A model generated the notes under the pieces. That model saw nothing but the letters and a program-made list of their open reading frames with translations, searched no databases and was not told the DNA's origin. This document shows positions 59,438 through 64,000 of a stretch of DNA of 64,000 nt, in pieces (positions within the stretch are counted from its first letter, which is position 1; every line of letters starts with the position of its first letter). A program made the translations under genes and the position numbers. This DNA is from Arcobacteraceae bacterium (lineage in GTDB: Bacteria; Campylobacterota; Campylobacteria; Campylobacterales; Arcobacteraceae): positions 352,001-416,000 of the forward strand of contig OY759974.1 of assembly GCA_963662945.1 (NCBI GenBank). Reading direction: 5' to 3'.

Positions 59438-60067
59438 TTAATCCATTTTAACAATAATATCTTGTAAAGTATTTGCTGCTGTATGAATTTTTTGTGCAAT
59501 ACTTTTTAGTTGAGAAAGTATCTCTTTATATTTAAACATTATTTGAGGATTTTTTTCACTTGATAGTTTTACCATTTGTTGAATATATTCTTCACTAATT
59601 TCATCGGTAAGTTGTCGTACTCTTTGGGATAATCTTGATAATTCTGCATGATTATCATTATCTAAGGCTTCAAAACCACTTTTTAATTTTTTACTTGCTT
59701 TATATATAAGGTGAAATATCTCTTTATATTCTACCAACTCATGAATTTTATATGCTTTCGTTTCTGATACAAAATGCTTGACAGATATACTTATCTCATC
59801 TAATTGTGTAATAGCTCGATAAATAGATTCTCTATCAATAGGTGTAATAAAGGCATTTAAAAGTTGATTCATATTTTTTTCTTTTAATAGCTCTGTTTGA
59901 TGCTGATCTTCTCTAATTGATTCACAACCATCTTCATTTTCTTTAATAAAACAAGCATATAAATCTTCTATCATTTTATGTGTAGCATTTGATTGCTCTT
60001 GAAGCATATCAACAATATTTATTTCATGAGGAACAATATATTTTTTAAATAATGATTTTATATTCAT
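59438..60067 (-). CDS. DUF47/PhoU-like Pit accessory protein
   Basis: AFITPIDRESIY motif; directly downstream of the PiT gene. Confidence 0.88.
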   Translation of the reverse strand: MNIKSLFKKYIVPHEINIVDMLQEQSNATHKMIEDLYACFIKENEDGCESIREDQHQTELLKEKNMNQLLNAFITPIDRESIYRAITQLDEISISVKHFVSETKAYKIHELVEYKEIFHLIYKASKKLKSGFEALDNDNHAELSRLSQRVRQLTDEISEEYIQQMVKLSSEKNPQIMFKYKEILSQLKSIAQKIHTAANTLQDIIVKMD

Positions 60068-60079
60068 CGTTTCTAACCT

Positions 60080-61114
60080 TTAATTTAATATCAGTAAAAA
60101 TACCATACAGTATAATGCTCCAACTAACATAGATACTGGTATATTTACAAACCAACCGCCGATAATGGAAGTAGCAACTTTCCACTTCACATGTCTTGGC
60201 TTCTCCCCTGCTCCAACTCCTATTAGAGTTGCCGTTACCACTTGAGTTGTTGAAGTTGGAGCTCCAATAGAAGTAGCAATAGTATTTATTAAAGCTGAAC
60301 CAATTTGATTTGTAAATGAATGTAATAATTTTACTCTAATTATACCAAACCCTAAAGTCTTAATAATACTCCATCCACCAAATAATGTTCCAAAAGAAAT
60401 AGCACTTGTACAAAGAATGATAACCCAAATAGGAACTGTAAATTCTGATGTGTATCCACTAGCTAATAATACCATAGCAATAATTCCCATCCCTTTTTGT
60501 GCATCATTGGCTCCATGTGAAAAACCAAGCCAAGAGATACTTAAATATTGACTAAAAATAAATATTTTTCTACTTTGAAATGTCAATCTACTAAATAGTT
60601 TCATAAAACACTTCATCAAAAAAAATCCAACTATGAAACCTGCAAAAGGGGAAAACAATAATCCAACTATAATTTTCATAACACCTTCTAAGTGTCCACT
60701 AAAAAGTGCTGTCACTCCCCAATGTACCGAACTATCTCCCAAAGCATATAAAGAAGCCCCAACAAGACCTCCCACTAATGAGTTTGATGAAGAAGATGGT
60801 AAACCTAGTTTCCAAGTAATAAGATTATAAGTTATGGCTGCTAGAATACCTGATATCACAATACTTTGAGCAACTACTATACTCACACCTTCTATATCTA
60901 TAAATGTTCCAATTGTGTCAGCAACTGCTAGTCCTGCTATAAATGGTGCAATAAAAGTAAATGTAGTAACTATTACAATAGCAACTGTTGGCGTCATAGC
61001 CCTTGATGCAATAGCAGTTGCTACCATATCTGCAGCATCATGAAAACCGTTTGTAAAATCAAAAACAGCCACTGCTAATATTGTAATAATTGCTAAAATT
61101 AAAATTAAATCCAT
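60080..61114 (-). CDS. PiT-family inorganic phosphate transporter
   Basis: NGFHDAAD, GLPSSSS, HGANDAQKGMG, PTSTTQ. Confidence 0.92.
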   Translation of the reverse strand: MDLILILAIITILAVAVFDFTNGFHDAADMVATAIASRAMTPTVAIVIVTTFTFIAPFIAGLAVADTIGTFIDIEGVSIVVAQSIVISGILAAITYNLITWKLGLPSSSSNSLVGGLVGASLYALGDSSVHWGVTALFSGHLEGVMKIIVGLLFSPFAGFIVGFFLMKCFMKLFSRLTFQSRKIFIFSQYLSISWLGFSHGANDAQKGMGIIAMVLLASGYTSEFTVPIWVIILCTSAISFGTLFGGWSIIKTLGFGIIRVKLLHSFTNQIGSALINTIATSIGAPTSTTQVVTATLIGVGAGEKPRHVKWKVATSIIGGWFVNIPVSMLVGALYCMVFLLILN

Positions 61115-61120
61115 ATTGTA

Positions 61121-62209
61121 TTATCCAATTTTTTTCCTGAACATCCAAGATGCAAATAGTAGTGAAACAAAACCCAATAAAAACATTGGAGTTACAAGTC
61201 CAATCGCAGTATCTAAAGAAATATCTTTTAGAAATACACCTTTTAAAAGTATTAAAAAATATTTTAATGAAACAAAGTCAGTTAGCGGAATAAGCCAAGA
61301 TGGCATATTTTCTACGGGTGTTGCAAAACCAGACATTAAAATATATGGCACCATTAAAACAAAAGCTCCCAATATCCCTTGTTGTTGCGTTAAGGAGATA
61401 GAAGAGATAAATAATCCTAATCCAACTATAGAAAATAAAAATGCAAACAATCCTAAATACAATATAGCAAAACTTCCTACAAAAGGTATACCAAAAAAAG
61501 CGGTCGCTATCAATAAAATTACACTTGCTTCAATAATACTTATAATCAATGGTGCTATAGTTTTTCCTAAAATCAAAATAGTAGGAGAAAGAGGAGATAC
61601 AAGTATTTGGTCAAATGTACCCATCTCTCGTTCCCTTGCAACAGAGAGAGAAGTTAGAAGTAATGCTATTATCATAGAGAGACTTCCCATAAGATTTGGT
61701 AATATCCACCAAAAATTATCTAAATTTGGATTATACCAATTACGAGCTATAAGAGGTTGTTGTACAACTTTTTGTTCTATATTTAGTTTAGAGATTGCAT
61801 TTTCGATATATCCTTGTGCAATTTGTGCTGTGCTTGATTTTCTTCCATCTGCTATAATTTGGATAAAAACTTGTTCTTTATTTTGTATTTTTTGTGCAAA
61901 GTTTTGAGGTATATACAAAGTTGCTAAAACTTTTTGTTTATCTATAAATTCAGTTAATTCTTTTTCACTTTGAAGTCTATAAATATTTGTGAAAGTTTTA
62001 CTATAAGAGATATTTCGTATAAGTTCTTGACTATAGTTACTATTGTCTCTATCTAGAACTGCTAAATTGATGTTTTTTACCTCTAACGTTACAGCAAAAG
62101 AAAAAAGTAAAAGTTGTATTAGCGGTGGTACTATAATAATAGTTCTTGATTTTTTATCACTCCAAATTGCTAAAAGTTCTTTTTTTATAAGTGCAAGCAG
62201 TTGATACAT
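61121..62209 (-). CDS. ABC-2 permease (YbhR-like)
   Basis: PPLIQLLLFSFA, WYNPNL, AREREMGTFDQILVSP, SGFATPVENMP. Confidence 0.9.
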   Translation of the reverse strand: MYQLLALIKKELLAIWSDKKSRTIIIVPPLIQLLLFSFAVTLEVKNINLAVLDRDNSNYSQELIRNISYSKTFTNIYRLQSEKELTEFIDKQKVLATLYIPQNFAQKIQNKEQVFIQIIADGRKSSTAQIAQGYIENAISKLNIEQKVVQQPLIARNWYNPNLDNFWWILPNLMGSLSMIIALLLTSLSVAREREMGTFDQILVSPLSPTILILGKTIAPLIISIIEASVILLIATAFFGIPFVGSFAILYLGLFAFLFSIVGLGLFISSISLTQQQGILGAFVLMVPYILMSGFATPVENMPSWLIPLTDFVSLKYFLILLKGVFLKDISLDTAIGLVTPMFLLGFVSLLFASWMFRKKIG

Positions 62210-63327
62210 TAATCTAATCTCTTTCTTGTAATTTTAAATATGATGAAAAAAACAATTGAACCTAAAAGTATCATATACAATAGATTTGGAACAATAACTT
62301 CATATATATTTCCTGTTAAAAAAAGTGTTTGTAAAATAGAAATAAAATATTTTGCAGGTATTATATGTGTAATATATTGTAACCACCAAGGCATACTGCT
62401 AATTTGAAAAATAAATCCTGATAAAAGCATCGCAGGTAAAAATCCAGTAATCAGTGCTGCTTGTGCTGCAACAAATTGATTTTTAGCCAATGTTGATATT
62501 AAAAGTCCAATATTCAGTGCCGTAATCAAATAAAAAGATGAAGTTATTCCTAAAAGCCAAAAAGAACCTCTAAATGGTATTTGAAACCACAATAAAGTAA
62601 TCAAAACACAAATCATCATAGATACCATTCCCAAAATAAAATAAGGCAATACTTTTCCTAAAAGAAGCTCAATAATTGTAATTGGTGTTGACATAAGTGC
62701 TTCCATTGTTCCTCGTTCCCACTCTCTTGCAACAACTAAAGCTGTTAAAAGTGTCCCTATAAGAGTTAAAATAATGGCAATAGACCCTGGCAATAAAAAG
62801 TAGCTACTGAGTAATGGAGAATTAAACCAATAGCGTGTTTGAATATCAATTGTAGAAACAGTTTGTAATTTATCTAAACCTTCTTGCCCTAACCAATTTT
62901 TCCAAACACCCATACTGTATTTTTGAATAAATCCTGCAATATTTGGCTCACTTCCATCTGCAAGTATTTGAATTTGAACACTATTTTTCACCAAATCTTT
63001 TTCAAATGTTGAGGGGATAACAACGATAGCTCTTATTTTTCCTTGTTGAATTTCTTGTATAAATTTATGTTTGTTTGTATCAAGTTGTACATCAAAACTT
63101 TCAGACATTCTAAATGAGTTTACTAAACTTTGTGTGTGTTGTGAAGATTTTTCTACCACAATACCTATAGGAATATTTTTTGAATCTAAAGAGATAGCAT
63201 ATCCCATTAAAAAAAGTAAAATAAGTGGTAAAATAACAGCTATTAAAAGTGAACTAGGATCTCTAATAATTTGTAAACTTTCTTTTAGAAATAGTGCTTT
63301 TAATCGTCTTGTACTATTCATTGTCAC
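62209..63327 (-). CDS. ABC-2 permease (YbhS-like)
   Basis: KESLQIIRDPSS, DGSEPN, LTALVVAREWERGTMEAL. Confidence 0.9.
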   Translation of the reverse strand: MTMNSTRRLKALFLKESLQIIRDPSSLLIAVILPLILLFLMGYAISLDSKNIPIGIVVEKSSQHTQSLVNSFRMSESFDVQLDTNKHKFIQEIQQGKIRAIVVIPSTFEKDLVKNSVQIQILADGSEPNIAGFIQKYSMGVWKNWLGQEGLDKLQTVSTIDIQTRYWFNSPLLSSYFLLPGSIAIILTLIGTLLTALVVAREWERGTMEALMSTPITIIELLLGKVLPYFILGMVSMMICVLITLLWFQIPFRGSFWLLGITSSFYLITALNIGLLISTLAKNQFVAAQAALITGFLPAMLLSGFIFQISSMPWWLQYITHIIPAKYFISILQTLFLTGNIYEVIVPNLLYMILLGSIVFFIIFKITRKRLD

Positions 63328-64000
63328 TTCTTTTAATGAGTTCTACAAACGCATCCTCCATTGTAGCTTCCCTAGAAACTTGTGCTATCAATTCATCGGG
63401 AGTTCCTAAGGCTATTGCTTTACCTTTATAAATCAATGCTATTCTATCACAATATTCAGCTTCTTCCATAAAATGAGTTGTCACCATTATAGTCATCCCT
63501 TTTTGCACCATACCATAAATATGAGTCCAAAATTCTCGTCTTGTAATTGGATCAATACCAGAAGTTGGTTCATCTAAAAATAATACAACAGGATCATGCA
63601 TTACAGCACACGCTAAAGCAAGTCTTTGTTTAAATCCTAGTGGTAAATCTCTTGATGCACTTTGTGTATACTTAGCTAAATCAAAAATATCAATCATATC
63701 TTTGATTTTTTTCTCTTTCTTTTTCCCTTTTAGTCCATAAACCCCAGCAAAAAACTTTAAATTTTCTATAACTGAAATATCTCCATATAAGGAAAATTTT
63801 TGGGACATATACCCTATTTTTGCTCGTGCTTTATAGGAACTTTTTTCTAAGCTAAGCCCAAAAACTTTTGCCTCTCCACTTGTAGGCTGCAATAATCCAC
63901 AAAGCATCTTAAATGTTGTAGATTTTCCAGCGCCATTTGGTCCTAAAAAACCAAATATTTCACCCCTTTTAATCTTAAATGTTACATCATTTGTTGCGGT
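63314..64000 (-). CDS. ABC ATPase (YbhF-like), 5' part lies beyond the window end
   Basis: Frame open to 64000 with GEIFGFLGPNGAGKSTT; LPLGFKQRL, LDEPTSGIDP, TTHFMEEAE. Confidence 0.9.
   Translation of the reverse strand, partial: TATNDVTFKIKRGEIFGFLGPNGAGKSTTFKMLCGLLQPTSGEAKVFGLSLEKSSYKARAKIGYMSQKFSLYGDISVIENLKFFAGVYGLKGKKKEKKIKDMIDIFDLAKYTQSASRDLPLGFKQRLALACAVMHDPVVLFLDEPTSGIDPITRREFWTHIYGMVQKGMTIMVTTHFMEEAEYCDRIALIYKGKAIALGTPDELIAQVSREATMEDAFVELIKRSDNE

Noticed and set aside
61116-61907. 263-aa plus-strand ORF
   Set aside because: Antisense shadow of the YbhR-like permease; no motif or SD.
1-64000. Prophage, IS element, integron or CRISPR array
   Set aside because: No integrase, transposase, phage gene, attC-like series or spaced repeat array was recognised by eye.

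Overview
AT-rich bacterial chromosome segment. Gene content and order (flpA-rluD, uvrD-truB-ispE...smpB, rny-ftsY, CmeB- and HefC-like RND pumps, soxZ) point to Campylobacterota, probably Arcobacteraceae-like; this is inferred from recognised protein families, not a database search. Most of the window is housekeeping and transport genes, with two apparent accessory blocks. (1) About 1.9-14.1 kb, between rluD and rodA: two OmpR-family two-component systems flank an operon encoding a MacB-type ABC transporter, a degenerate heme-copper-oxidase subunit-I-like protein, YceI and others. Three promoters there share one architecture, and one of them drives a non-coding structured RNA with an anti-Shine-Dalgarno segment. 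(2) About 19.0-26.5 kb, between ispE and smpB: radC, an orphan PemK/MazF-fold toxin with no protein antitoxin, and a type I restriction-modification system. The best novelty candidate is an unannotated ~135-nt multi-hairpin RNA with its own consensus sigma70 promoter and terminator, convergent on the toxin gene (possible RNA antitoxin). Also seen: a shared direct-repeat operator at acs and yjcH-actP, a frameshifted mlaD, an unannotated zinc-ribbon small protein and an orphan soxZ. No rRNA, tRNA, CRISPR array, integrase or transposase was recognised.
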